Of a DNA stretch of 64,000 nt, positions 39,233 to 52,189 are shown piece after piece. Location of the stretch: NCBI GenBank assembly GCA_000165425.1, contig CT868396.1:62001-126000 (forward strand), given 5' to 3'. The notes under the pieces were generated by a model that was not told where the DNA came from, searched no databases, and saw only the letters and a list, made by a program, of their open reading frames with translations. Numbering within the stretch: position 1 is the stretch's first letter; every line of letters starts with the position of its first letter. Source of the DNA: Paramecium tetraurelia (Eukaryota). The position numbers and the translations under genes are program-made.

Positions 39233-41050
39233 TCATAAAGATTAAATATTACAAAAATAATTTAACAATTCAGAGTAACGTAACTTTTCTATTTATTTGC
39301 AAATTTAAAAATTAATTAAACTTAAATATTCCATCTGTCTTGGCTATAAGGATATTTCACAAGATTTCAAAATGGTTTCAAAATCATTTAAAGTACATTC
39401 TTTAAACTTTTGATTGCTGTTTTTAAGATTACTTTACTGTTGAAGAGTATCAAGAATTTTGTATTAAACTTTTACAAACATTCCTTTGAGTTCTTACTCA
39501 ATATTTGTTTTTTCCTGCTTTGAAAATAATTGATATTTTCCTAAGAGTTATTTAAAAACACTCTTTATTATATTAATCGAATTGGAATTCATAAGATTAT
39601 GCAAAACATAGTCTTGTGTGTTATCTTCAATTAGATATCTTGCCACAAGGAGTTTTTCTTTTTCATCCACAATCAAAAATGGTTCTGCACTGAGAATTTG
39701 GATTATTTCCTCAACAGTTATGTCCTAGCATTCTTCATCAGTACAATCAAATATCTAGTCCATATAACTAAGGGGAATGAATTTTATTTATAATTCGAAT
39801 TTAAGTTTTCTTCCAATTATTTCAACATCATAGTAATTGATTTTGGGTAATTTTTTTGTTCTATATTCAGTTTCAAGAAACAACTCATCTTCATCAAGAT
39901 TTCTTGAATTTGCTTCTTCATCAATTTGACTATTCAATTCTAAAAATTAAGATCTTTGTTATTCTGAAATATTTTATTTTTTTCTTACACTAATTTATTT
40001 AGTCAGAGTAAGTTGAGGGGGTACATCAAATGACATGTCCTCACAAAAGGAGTGTTCAGATTTAATTTGCTGTATACACTATTAATATTTTAAATCTAAG
40101 GTCTATTAATCGGGCTAAGATACTTCTTTGATTATAACTTTTTATTTTTCGTAAGCTTAAATTTAATCTTCTTTCTCCATAATAATTTAGAGTAGATGTT
40201 GTATATACTTTTCTTTTTGATTCTTTTATTTGATCATTTATTATTGGAGTTAAGTGATTTTGACCTTTAATTTTGATATTTCTAATTCTTCTGGTAGATA
40301 ATCATTTTTATTAAGTAATTTAGTTTGCTTTGGGGTGATATTTTAATTTAAAATCTATAAAACCTTCTTATTTTCTCTTTATAAATTTTTGTTATCTAGT
40401 TCTAATTACTCAATTTGATTTTTATACTTTTATTATTCTTCTTGGAATTGTTGGATGACAGATTCCTATATTTTATGAGCACGTTCAAGGTTTTTATTTT
40501 AATTTTCCAAATTTTCATAAAGTTCATAGAGATTGACTCCATTGCTCTTATAATTTAACAATTTAGTGAGTTTTTACACTTATTTTATCAATTTCGAACA
40601 TTCCTATTAGAATGCGAGAGCTTCAATCTATAATAAAGAGTTAAATTACTTGGAGTTCTTGATATTTGGTAAGACTCATTTATTTTTTCAAATCTTCAAT
40701 GCTCCTCCCTTTTTCCAATAATTCTAATTCGAGTTATTTTATGTAGAGTTATAATTTCTTGACATTCTATTTCTATTGAGAATTCTCAATATTCAAGCCT
40801 ATTTTAGGCTATGATATTAGAGGGGTAAGATTACTTAGCATTAATTCATTTTAATTTTACACTTTTTTAACTCCTCCTCCTTTTGGCGAATCTAAAACTT
40901 GATTTGAGTATTCTCAAATAGAAGACGTTCTTCTTCACTTAATTTTGAGGAAGGTTAAATAGTATTGGATATTTTGACAGAATGACTGCGACATTGAGGA
41001 GTTTCAATACTTAGATTAAGTAACTTGAATGGACGACGAATGTTGAACAT
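39233..41050 (-). CDS. Hypothetical coiled-coil protein
   Basis: ATG 41050 (MFNIRRPFKLL). Q/E/K-rich heptads with tiny introns, globular C-terminus ...KEKLLVARYLIEDN...LRYSELLNYF. Confidence 0.6.
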
Positions 41051-41082
41051 TTTTATTATACAAATTTAATTATTAATAATCA

Positions 41083-42463
41083 TCAATTTAATCTAATTTC
41101 GTAATAACCACTCTTGGCAATATTCCTGGCTTTTTTGGTCAAAACCTTGGCCCCATTTCTAACTTCAACTTTATCAATCTTGGTTTGGGAAGGACTAAAT
41201 GTGTTGACAACAAATTTCAATTGGACCAAGAAGTTGCCCTACTGTATGATATTAAATTAATCTTCAGTCGATGAGAAGGTGACAGCTAATCTAATGGAAG
41301 AATCAATTTCCAGTTTCCCAATTCTCCAAAGGATAGCCTTAAAGGATATGATGGAATGTGTACATTTTCTAATTGTTGGAGTGTTCCCTAGGCCATTTCA
41401 GTCTCTCCTAAAGTCAAACCACTTGGCACTGTTAATTTGGTATGGAATTCATCAACAGCATAGGATTACCCTCTGACTGGTCTATTTTTAAGTAGGAACT
41501 CAATTTTGACTTGGTTGTTGATGAATTGGAGCTTTGGAATGAATTCAAAGGGAGGTCTAATGGAAATGCCTTTGATGTTGTAATAAAATATAGTTGTGGT
41601 TCCAGAGGGTGGGACGAATGCCAAGACTCGTTCTCTTTCATAGGTATCGATTTTTTGAAGTAAGCATTCATGAACAGTGTAATCATTGAATTGGTTGGTT
41701 TGATTGAGGAATACAAATAACTCAGGCAATCCTGATAAGTTGCAATCCACTTTGATTTCTCCGTTGATCTCTTCAATCAATATTCTGCCATTCTTATCGA
41801 ATACACAATCCAGGAATTCGATCACATCAAAATAAACTTCCTCTTCTCCCTTGATCTCTGGGAGTCGATATTGACTATGCTCTCTTACATCAGCTTGTCC
41901 ATCTATGTATTTCTCCAAGAGGGACACTGTTTCCTTTTGCACATTCTGTCTGCCTATAATTTTTTCTTCAATTTTTTCGATTATGCCTCCTGGCCTTACA
42001 ATACTTTCAAGCACGTGCTTTTATGTAATTTAGGGATAGCCGTAATCAAAGACAGAATCGAGCATAATGCCAATGGTGTGCAAATTCTACTTAAGTTTCT
42101 CAGAGGATTCGTTGGGAAAGGAGGCCTTAAGGACATCCAGAATGAGAAAGAGCGTTGCGAATAATTGCAATACGGGAATCTCTTCTGTTACTATTGCTCC
42201 AATGATGATGTCTGAGAAGGTGACAAAAGGGTAGAGGGCATCCTTTATTCTGATTATAGGGTATTCCTTATCCTAAGCAATACTCAAAAATCACAAAATT
42301 ACTGCATTGGTCCCTCTGAAGAATTGCACGAATTATGTGTAAAATTCAGGGAGGGTGTCTTTGCGCTTGAGACCCTTGAATATTCTATGAGCCAAGATTT
42401 CACTAAGCATATCATAGATGTATACCCATTTTGAGAAAGTATGAAAATTGTATCAATAGACAT
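41083..42463 (-). CDS. Adaptor protein complex medium (mu) subunit, most like AP-3 mu
   Basis: Longin N-terminus MSIDTIFILSQNG, MLDSVFDYGYP, EEVYFDVIEFLD, CNLSGLPEL, FVPPSGTT, C-terminal NIAKSGYYEIR. Confidence 0.85.
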
Positions 42464-42524
42464 TTGCAATATAAAATTATTTATAATTGATATTCTTTAT
42501 ATTAAAAATTAACATCATTTTGAA

Positions 42525-43625
42525 ATGGATATCTAAAAAATCAATAGATGGATATGTCTGCATCCTAACTGTAACTTGGGAAGGGCAGTTGACACTGTGC
42601 CTGAATTACTATCGCATTCGTAACAGCAACATAAATTAATAAAGTTTGATAAATTTAGAGAGATGATTATTAGTTTTGTTGATGATTGTAGTCTCTCTCG
42701 TTTATCAAACGAATAGCATTATCTAACCATCATAAATAGTATTTAATCCCTTATCAGATCTCTGAGGGATTCTCTAGTACTTTTTGAGAAAACTTTTAAA
42801 TAGTAAATTTTGTACACATAACAATTCTAGAAAATTTGATGAATTCTATGAACAAATACACCCTCGTTAGATGTTCGTTGAAGTCACCTAGGCCATTATG
42901 CAGTAGAATGAGATAGATAAGGAAATCCTGAACATATACTTGGACAATTACATCAAGAAGTTTGAGATTAGCCAATAAACTTAGCAAAAGCTTTACACAT
43001 TGTAAAGTTAAATCTAAAATTTTTGTTAATCACAATAAATAGATTTGTTGAGTTAGTTTGTAAAGCAATTGCAATTACGGGAACCGGCTAATGTTATCAA
43101 ATAATCACAGGAAATTATAAATCCTGTAAAATAAATAGAGTAAAATATTGCGCAATTCGATATCAAATAATCAAGCAAGGAACTAGTGTTCACCAAAAAT
43201 TTAAGAGTTGCTACTACACAAGACTATAAGTGCTATGCTTACTTCAAGGGAGTAGATGAAGTCAGAAATAAAATCATGCAAATCAAATTGAAAGTACTTA
43301 AAGATGATGATTTCATCTTCAACATAGGAGTTGTTAGTGTAAATCATGATCTAAATGATTATGAAGGTTGTTTTCTACTAACTTAAACAGGCACTTTTCT
43401 TTTGGAAAGAGAATCTTCATAATCTAAACTCAAAGTAAATGATGGATCAATCATTAAAGTCAGGTATGCGAAAAAGCATCCTAAAAAAGTATTCTTCCAA
43501 GTTGATAACAATTTAAATGTAAAATTATTCTCTAAAGTATTTAGGATAAAATTAAGTTGAATTAGGAGCTCATCCATTTTTAATTTATAGTTATTTTAAA
43601 AAATGCTGAGGTTGAATTAGTTTGA
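42525..43625 (+). CDS. Hypothetical protein (N-terminal Cys/His motif, coiled coil, SPRY-like beta-rich C-terminus)
   Basis: Open in ciliate code with 28-nt and 26-nt introns. CLHPNC...H, later FIFNIGVVSV...GSIIKVRY...VFFQVD. Confidence 0.55.
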
Positions 43626-43953
43626 TTTAATGTATAATTATTTTATAATCATAAATTGCATTTAATAATCTCAAATATTTTTAATTAATTTTATTGTTTA
43701 ATACTAATTATATATATAATCAATAGAATAGTATCTTATACATTATTTTTGTATATGTGGGCTAAAGTTACTGAGTGATGTCAAAATAGGGATGATATCA
43801 AACTGCTAAGTTAGATTAATGGGGACTTAGGGTTCAGATTGGAAATTCAAAAAAAGTTAAAAAACCGAAAATGGAGTAGAAGAGATGATTAAAATGCTTG
43901 ACTATTTTATAATTTAAAACAATTTAAAACAGCATCATTTAAACTATTCAAAT

Positions 43954-44808
43954 ATGCAGATTCAACAATATCATCTTGATAAATATATCTCAATGATCCT
44001 TAACAAAAGAGCCTATTTGAATTAAGGTGCCTCCAATTCGAACATTTTAAACTATACTTAATATTCCAAAACTAATGATCAAAACATATCAATTTCGATC
44101 TATTTGGAGCATGTTACAGATCATAGGAAGATATTGGCAGAACAATGGATCCTGTGTCTTAAGAATTATCTCGTCACCAATTAGCAATGCGGTAAATTTT
44201 GTCAATCAGAAAATTTTTCGCTTTGCTGTTTGCTTACAAAGAGTCCATTGTATCAGAATTTTATCGTTAAATAATCAGGTTTGAAAAACTACTAACTTTA
44301 AATTATAATTGATCACAATGGGAAAAACTAGAATTTAGAATTATATAAATGTTATCATTTAAACATGCAATAGAATCTTGGAATCATAGCTAGGTTTCAT
44401 TAACACCTCAACTTAACTTAGGAGATCGGGAAGCAGAGATCCTTGTCATTTTAAGAGTAAACTGTGATACCTAAACAAAATAACAAACTCACAAGATTTA
44501 ATTCAGAATAAATACAAACTCCAGAGAAAAAAGTGTTCATGTACTTGTTTGAGGAGGATGTAACGTTTTTGATCGATGAAACTCAAGTTGAGAGAGTGAT
44601 GAGTTAGAATTCAGATTCAGATTTTATGATTCAAACTATTGATGATGAAACCGACGTAACTGAGTGGCAAGTCATAGATCACAAATAATTATTAAGTAAA
44701 AACCAAAAGAAAATGCTTGATGACTTGAAATAAGTGAGAGATCACTTCAATTCTAGATCTAAGCATTCACATCAAATATAGATAGCAACAGAGTTCATCT
44801 CATAATGA
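43954..44808 (+). CDS. Hypothetical protein, possible ATG13-like HORMA domain (start uncertain; frame open from 43779)
   Basis: Intronless ciliate-code ORF: MQIQQYHLDKYISMILNKRA...ISISIYLEH...ILAEQWILCL...LCCLLTKSPLYQNF. Confidence 0.55.
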
Positions 44809-45223
44809 AATAGCTTGATTGCTAAATATTTATAATCATAATAACTAATATTTGGTTATTAATAATTAAGTGTTTGGTTCTATTTATATGTATTTTTGAA
44901 AATTTATAATTTTACTTAATTAATACCTTTTCAAAAAGCAAGTTAAAAGAACAGTATGTTAGTTTGGTTTAATGTATTTTTTTGATGTTTGTTTATTAAA
45001 TTGCTTAATCAATATTTCGAAAAGACTTATAAAAATTCGTTTTTGGATTTTCAAATGTGTGGCAATGTAGGGCTTTTTGGTTTTGTAAATTGGGCAAGAG
45101 AGAGGAAAGACGAAGATTGAGCGTTTTGATGGATGGATGAATATAAAAATGGTGTGTTGGGTATGATTAATTAAGGGTTGATAATGGGAAAAATTCGTTT
45201 TTATGTGATTGATAATAAAATAA

Positions 45224-46351
45224 ATGAAATCTATTATTCTGATTGCCCTCATTGCTGTGGCTTTCACAGCTAGAGTCTAAGAGAGAAACATGGCCAAAGT
45301 GTAAGCTGATTTGGCTAAGAGCAATTACGGAAAGGCTTTGCTCCATTTGGTTGAGTTACACTCAATGGCTGGAGGACCAGTTCAAGAATTGATTGATGCT
45401 ATTGAAGAACTCATCAACGATTTAGAAGAGGAGTTGGAAGAATTGGAATTCAATTTCTAAGTGAGAACAAACGAACACAATGCCTTGGTTGTTTCATTAG
45501 AATAAGACATCTAAGATGCTGTCATTGGTAAAAATACATATCGAATTTTGTAGATGTTAACAATACTCAAGATACTTTGGATAACCTTCTCTACCCAAGA
45601 AGAGCCTAAATCCAAGACAAGATTGACTCTGTCCTTGGATATCAAGAAGACAACAGAAAGAATTATGATGAGGCTATCTTAGTTAGAGGATAAGAGCATG
45701 ATGCCTTTGAAGCTTAAGTTGCCGAATTGAACGACGCTACAGCTTCAGTCGATGATGCTTTGGCCCTCCTTGCATCCCTCACAAACCCATCATTGTTGTA
45801 AATCAGAAGATTCCAAAATACACTTAAGAACATTGAGAGCAAGATCAGATCTAGATCCAGAATGGCTCCCATGATCAAGGCTTTGATTAGTTTAGCATCA
45901 AATCAAAACTTCTCCAACTAAGACGTGTTGAAGAACATCGTAGATGCCCTTAACGAATTCAGAAATGCTGTTGTCGATTAAATTAATGACTTGACAGCCC
46001 AAGAAGCCCAAGATGTCATTGATCATGAAGCCAACCTTGAATAATTGGATGATGAATTCCATGAATTCTAAAGACAAATCGACAGAGCTACAGTAGATTT
46101 GACTGCCACCAATGGTATCCATAATAAAATAACTTTGTATAGAAAAGATTGACTCCATGGTTGAATTCAGAGACCAAAGAGCTGCCGATCAAAAACAATA
46201 CACTGCCGAATTAGAATTGGAAAATAATACCTATGCTGAAGAAACCGATATCTACACCAATACCAAGAACGAATTCACCAGAGAATTGGGAGTTAGTGAG
46301 TAAGCTTTGGCCCTTGTTAAGAGTGTTGACTTCTCAAACGTCAAAGTTTGA
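45224..46351 (+). CDS. Trichocyst matrix protein (TMP/GRL family) precursor
   Basis: Signal peptide MKSIILIALIAVAFTA, pro-region ending ...LHSMAG-GPVQELIDAI, acidic coiled coils, basic linker (IRRFQN). Introns 45528-45553 and 46115-46142. Confidence 0.85.
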
Positions 46352-46412
46352 TAATCATCCATCATATAATAAATATCATTTAATTTTAATAGCTATATAT
46401 ATATATATCTAT

Positions 46413-48176
46413 TCATTTGAAGGCTTTGCTAAGGTGAACAGATTACATCTTAATGGGTTAAATATGATTGATGTGCATGTAGTCCATAAACTATTTAGGC
46501 AATTAATCAAGAACGGCTGAACTCATTTGCTCAATGTCATTTTTATAATCTTGGAATGATACGAATTGAATGATGTCTCTAATGTTCATATCTGTTTTTG
46601 AGTGTTTTTTAAGGAAGGCTGGGTCATCAAACTATTTCATGTATTTGAAGTTCTCGTCTCCCACTCCAATGATAATGATGGACATAGGCAAAGTCTAACA
46701 TTCAAGTAATACTTTGATGGCATCATCTCTAAGATTAGTATGTGTATAAATTACTGATCTTCAATCTAGCCATCAGTCAAGATCATGGCTACTGTGTATG
46801 TGTTATTTTGTGCATTTTCCTTTGCAAATTATAGAGCTTTGTTTAGAACATTTGAAATAAAGGTTGGACCTGAAAATACTATATTTGGGACTGCCTCAAT
46901 ATAAGCTTACAGGATTCCTGCCACATCATTACACAAAGGCTTGTCTTTGTTTCCATTCAGAGGGAAACAATCATCCATTGTAGACTTAGTGTAGGTCGGT
47001 AATTTAGGTGTTCCTCCAAATCCATAGACAGGCACTTATTTATCATAATCAAATGCTATGATTCCGCCACCAATAACTTTGATTGCTTATTGATAGTAAT
47101 TCAATTTATGAGGATCAATTTTATGCAAAGAATCTGGTTTAGTGATGGGTTAATTTGAAAAAGTGAAGTCAATACCTATTATTACAAATTTAACTTAATA
47201 CCTATTGATAATGACATTTACCATCCGCCCATTAAATAATCTAAGAAGGTAGGTTCTTTCGGTTCTTCTTAAATTATTTCTATGTGTTCTTCTTTTGGTT
47301 CTACAATGACTAATTCTAATAATTTCAATGTGCCAGCATTTTTCCCTTTAGGAGTCAATAAAGGAAACTCAGTTTTTTTGTGGATTTTGATATCGTCATA
47401 ATTAATCGTGACGTGCCCAATCTATATTTTTAGATTTCATCATACTTCTTCAGAACCCAATTTATCGTAATCCATGACTTCGACATAGAGATTTTTAGAG
47501 TACTTGAAGAATTCATTCTCTGTTGTTTCCCAACACATCCAATTTGGATTCAAATTGTTTTTAATGACTTCAGTTTTATGTATCATTTCAGTTTATTGAC
47601 CATTGATTCTATAAAACTTAGCAAAAGGATCTGATTTCGTGAAAAAGTCAAGGTCGAGTAATTTGATGCCTAAATTTATTGTAATTATTAAATACCTCCC
47701 CAACGCCATTTAATTTCTGTTACTTTATTAGTTTGTTCCTTTTGGCCAGCAATTTGAGGTCCTTTTCTGGCGACATGAATAATGATTGTGCCTACGACCA
47801 AATCTCCTTTCATCAAATTCAATTGGCTTAAGGAATTCCTAGCTCCCATCAATTTGGCCAAGGGCTGTTTGCAAATGCCTACAATGGAGGCAGAAGCATT
47901 CTGACTCACAAGTTGACTTGATAATTCTTGGTCGGCATCAATAATTTAGAATACAAGTTTTTATCTCTTGTTGAATCTGTACATGATGGGGATGGGTTAT
48001 TTGAAGTCAGGATCAAGGGAGGAGTGAGAGACTTCAGTTTCTCCAATGAAATCTTCCTTTGAGTAGACTCGACATCTGAAGTCTTGGATGTTGGAATGGC
48101 CCAAGTTTTGCAATCCTCGGGCGGAGATGTACAAGTAGACCAATTCTCCAGGGGATTGATGAATGAGAATATCCAT
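46413..48176 (-). CDS. Copine (C2-C2-vWA Ca2+-dependent phospholipid-binding protein)
   Basis: DLDFFTKSDPF (C2B), VIGIDFTFSN...PDSLH, VPVYGFGG, FPLNGN, SGPT, ILTDG, LPMSIIIIGVG, RDIIQFV. Confidence 0.93.
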
Positions 48177-48347
48177 TTATTTTATTATTGCATAGGTTAT
48201 AATTGAAAATTAGAGATAAAGCTGTGGATTGCAAAATAATAATAATATTTCATTTTAGATACGTAACATGGAAAATAATAACTATTATGAATTACAATTG
48301 AGATGGCAACAATCTCAAATGTTAATCATTAAAAATTATAAACATAC

Positions 48348-49338
48348 ATGTTAAGCTTTCAATTACATTATCAACTTCAATTTGGTGATGCAATTTATAT
48401 CTCTGGCGATTCCGATTACTTCGGCAATTGGTCTCCGCTTCAAGCCAAGAGAATGAAGTGGAATCAAGTAAGCCAAATCTAGTATATAGGGACATCTGTG
48501 GACCATCGATATCCCCATTCACTATTTCCAATATAAGTACTTTGTCTCCTCCTTCAATGATCCGAACTCCGAAGAATGGGAATTTGGACCAAATAGACTC
48601 ATGAGAACAACAGAACCTTCATGTAATCATTAATTAAATCTTGAAAAAGGCATAGTTGATGTGTGGAATCATCGAAAAGTGATGTTCCAGTGCTACAATC
48701 CCCAACAATATCCCATGTTTATTTCTGGCTCATCCTTGGATCTTGGTTAGAATGCTAAACGAGTAAGTATGAAGCAAAAATAAGATATATCTTATAAAAA
48801 AATACTTGCCAATGTTATCGAAGACAAGGTAGTTCACTATCAATTCCATGTGAAAACCAAAAAACACTACTCCAGTTCAATCCTGACTCTGCATCTCGAT
48901 TCTACAATCTCACAAAACCAAAATCTTGACTTCTCTTATAAGAACTACATTTTAGCCTTTTGTACAGGAATGGAAAAGATAAAGAGATCAATCTATCAAT
49001 TGGATAATCATATCTGTTATGGTTATGTACCTCGTGATCAGAACGATTTTAATTTGTTAAGGGATGCTAATCTCCATACAATCATTGAATTCTCAAATTA
49101 AGCTGAATAGGCAGCACATTCTATTAAATTCGGGGAGTTCAATTACTTCACACTCAACTTCCGGTCAAATATGAAAGGAACCTATATTTCTAACCTTAGT
49201 CCCTTAATTCAATTACTAATCACTAAATATCATGTAAATGTTAAATCAAATTAATAGGTTATCTATATATGTAACAACTCATTATCTCATCTTAGAAAAT
49301 ATCTTTAAGCATACAAAAGTCTAAGCATCTCTAAATGA
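48348..49338 (+). CDS. CBM20 starch-binding protein with degenerate C-terminal dual-specificity-phosphatase-like domain
   Basis: FGDAIYISGDSDYFGNWSPLQAKRMKW..GHLW...FQYKY...WEFGPNR (CBM20), a second degenerate CBM-like segment, then IYQLDNHICYGYVPRDQNDFNLLRDANLHTII...VIYICNNSLSH. Confidence 0.75.
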
Positions 49339-49951
49339 AAGTAATTACTTTCTTTGTTTAGTCGTATAAAAGTGACTTTTTAACATTTAATCTTTTATAT
49401 AATAATATATTTTATTTTATATTAATCAGTGCTTAGTCATGCTTAAACAACTTTCATTAGACTTATAATTACAAAATCAATTTGATTTTAAAATATATGA
49501 AATTTAAATTAAGAGCAATATGCTAAGTAATCTGAATGTATTCTTTTGAATTATTTCTTAATTATGGCAAAGGAATTGAAGTATTTCTTAATTATAGTAA
49601 AAATAGGAAGAATAACAAGATATTATAAATACAATCAAGGAAATAATAGGATAGGATGGAACAAGATTGCATATTAAAGGGAACAGTAGAAAGCAAATTA
49701 AATAAATATCAAGGAAATTAAATTTCATATTCTAATAAAATCAGGGAGTTTGTTTTTAATGGATTGGAATTGTAGTTAATCGGTAATATTGTTTTAACAA
49801 AGGTTTTCTTCTCAAGAAACTTTTCATATTATTATATAAATATTTTTGGCATCTAAATTTATAAATTATAATTCAAAGGAAGCATTGAGGAATATACTTA
49901 AAAATTATTGAAAATAAACTAAAACATTAAAATCAAATAAGAAATTATTTT

Positions 49952-50626
49952 TCAAAGTTCGTTCAGATGAAAAACCTTCTTTGATTGGGTACAATTTAAA
50001 ACTCTTTAGGGAGTCTCTTATTTGATTAAGTCATTGGCTAGGTTTGAATGGTTCTGGCATCAGTCACTTATTCGGTGTTACAAAAAGTGAAGCCTAGAGG
50101 GGAGTTGGTTTTCTTGGATTCGCATATTTTTCTAGATGTTCTAGTTGAAAGTATTACTGCTCTGTGGAGGAATATTTAGTCATATTTCTTTCGGTGTTGG
50201 AGGTGTTGGCCCTCTGTAAACAATTGGGTTTGTTTGTAGTGAGAAGTTTGGTGATGATTTTGTCTTTATCTGAATTTTGTTTTTAAAGTTCTAAATTCTC
50301 TTGGATAAGGAATTGGATGAGCTGAGATTGGTGAGGTTCAACTGCTACAATTGTGAATTCGACATATTTACATTTCTTGTCTCCCTCTGAAATGAAAGAC
50401 GGATTTGGAGTGGAGAAGCTATCCTGAAATTTGAAACTTTACTTTTTGGAGGAAGCAGTAGTCTAAATCAAATAAATTAGTCTCGTGAAATTACCTTATC
50501 ATTGGAGGATATGGTCTTTTGGGAGCACTTGGAGCTGGGTGGTCTATCTGACTTAGACAATAATGCAACTGACTTCTTGTCTAAAGTGATCTTCAAATTT
50601 GGTTTTTTCGAATTCTAAGATTTCAT
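49952..50626 (-). CDS. Hypothetical low-complexity protein with short coiled coil
   Basis: ATG 50626 (MKSQNSKKPNLKITLDKK). Open in ciliate code with 2-3 tiny introns, LIQFLIQENLELQKQNSDKDKII. Confidence 0.55.
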
Positions 50627-50984
50627 GCTAGCAAGAAGCAAAAATAAATAAATATCTTAATTATTTAAACAATCCTTTTGATCAATTTATATGTTCTTAA
50701 AAACTTATTTCTAATTAATCATAACAATCTTAATCAGATTTCATGGGAATCCTCATCAATAATACCTAATATGAAGTGAAGTGCATAATTTAATTGCATT
50801 TTCATTTTATGGCATTTGTGTTGATACGATGTTTTTGAAATGCTTTTGGTTAATTAAAATTAATGTGTGATAATTAATTCGAACTATAATCAAGACAAAG
50901 TATAAAGTACAATGATTCTTAAACTTCATTTTTGGATTGAGACTCAAATTAAACTGTTTAAATCATTTTTATAATATTAATTAA

Positions 50985-52086
50985 ATGACTAGGCACTCCT
51001 AGATTATCATCAATCACAAAACCATATCCTCAGTTGATGATCTTCCAGGTTTAACTGTACATGAGAAACTATTCAAAGGAGGATGTGGTACTATTTTCAG
51101 AGGTGTGGATCACACTACAAAACAAGAAGTAGCCATCAAATACTCTAAGTTTGACTTATCTAATGAGTATAAAATTATGAAAAAGTTATCCCACATCCCA
51201 GGAATCCCTAAAGTCTACACTTTTGGAGAATCGGGAAGATCTACCTATCTGAGCATGGAATATTTAAATACAGATTTGCATAGTCTAAGGGCTAAAATGA
51301 AACAACTCTCCTTAAAATGCATATGCTGTGTTGCCATCAAAGTACTTGAAATACTGAAGGAAGTCCATACTTTGAATATTGTACATAGAGATATTAAACC
51401 TACGAATCTAATGATTAAATCTGTGGAAGGTTTTTTCTATTTTAATAATTCTTAGATTCATAAATATACCTGATTGATTTTGGGATAGCCAAGGAAGCTG
51501 ATTAGTTTCTCGTTTCAAAAGATGTAGAAGGCACACAACTCTATGACCCTCTCTAAGTGCATAAAAGATAACCTTATAGGTTTATTGATGACATTGAAAT
51601 GCTGGCCTATACTCTTGTGTACCTCTTCAAAGGTAAATGTGTAGTGTCTATCCTAGGCCAACTCCCTTGGATGAAATACCCCAACACAATGCTTTACAAT
51701 GATGAGGTGATGAGACATAAGGAATAATATGTGAGTTCTAAACAAATGAGCAGATTGCCATTTGCTGGACTATTTGGGTACATCAAATGGAACCAAAATA
51801 ATAATAAGCCAGATCATGATTTTTTGATCTCCTTGTTTAAGAAAATTCTGACCGAAAACAAAATGCTAGAGAACTATTTGTATGATTGGACTGAAAACAT
51901 CACTCCTCTTGCGTCTTCCAAAAGTAAAACTACTATCAGTTTCTTCAATTACTCTTGTGTTGAAAGTGATCAGTATTGCACAGGTATTATCTATTGATGT
52001 ATAGCGTAGATTTAAGTGACGAGGAATATAACCAAAGTGTTTTTCCTTTGATGCAATAGATATATAAATTCTTTAAAAAAGAATGA
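50985..52086 (+). CDS. Casein kinase 1 family kinase (divergent)
   Basis: GGCGTIF, VAIK, GIPKVY, VHRDIKPTNLM, IYLIDFGIAK, DDIEMLAYTLVYLFKGQLPW. No APE motif, as in CK1. Confidence 0.88.
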
Positions 52087-52189
52087 TATAATTTGAATAT
52101 ATATAAATCTAAATGTGACCTTCTCATAATACTTCTCTTGAATATAATATATACATCTAAATGATAAAATTTAATATAAACATTTTAAA

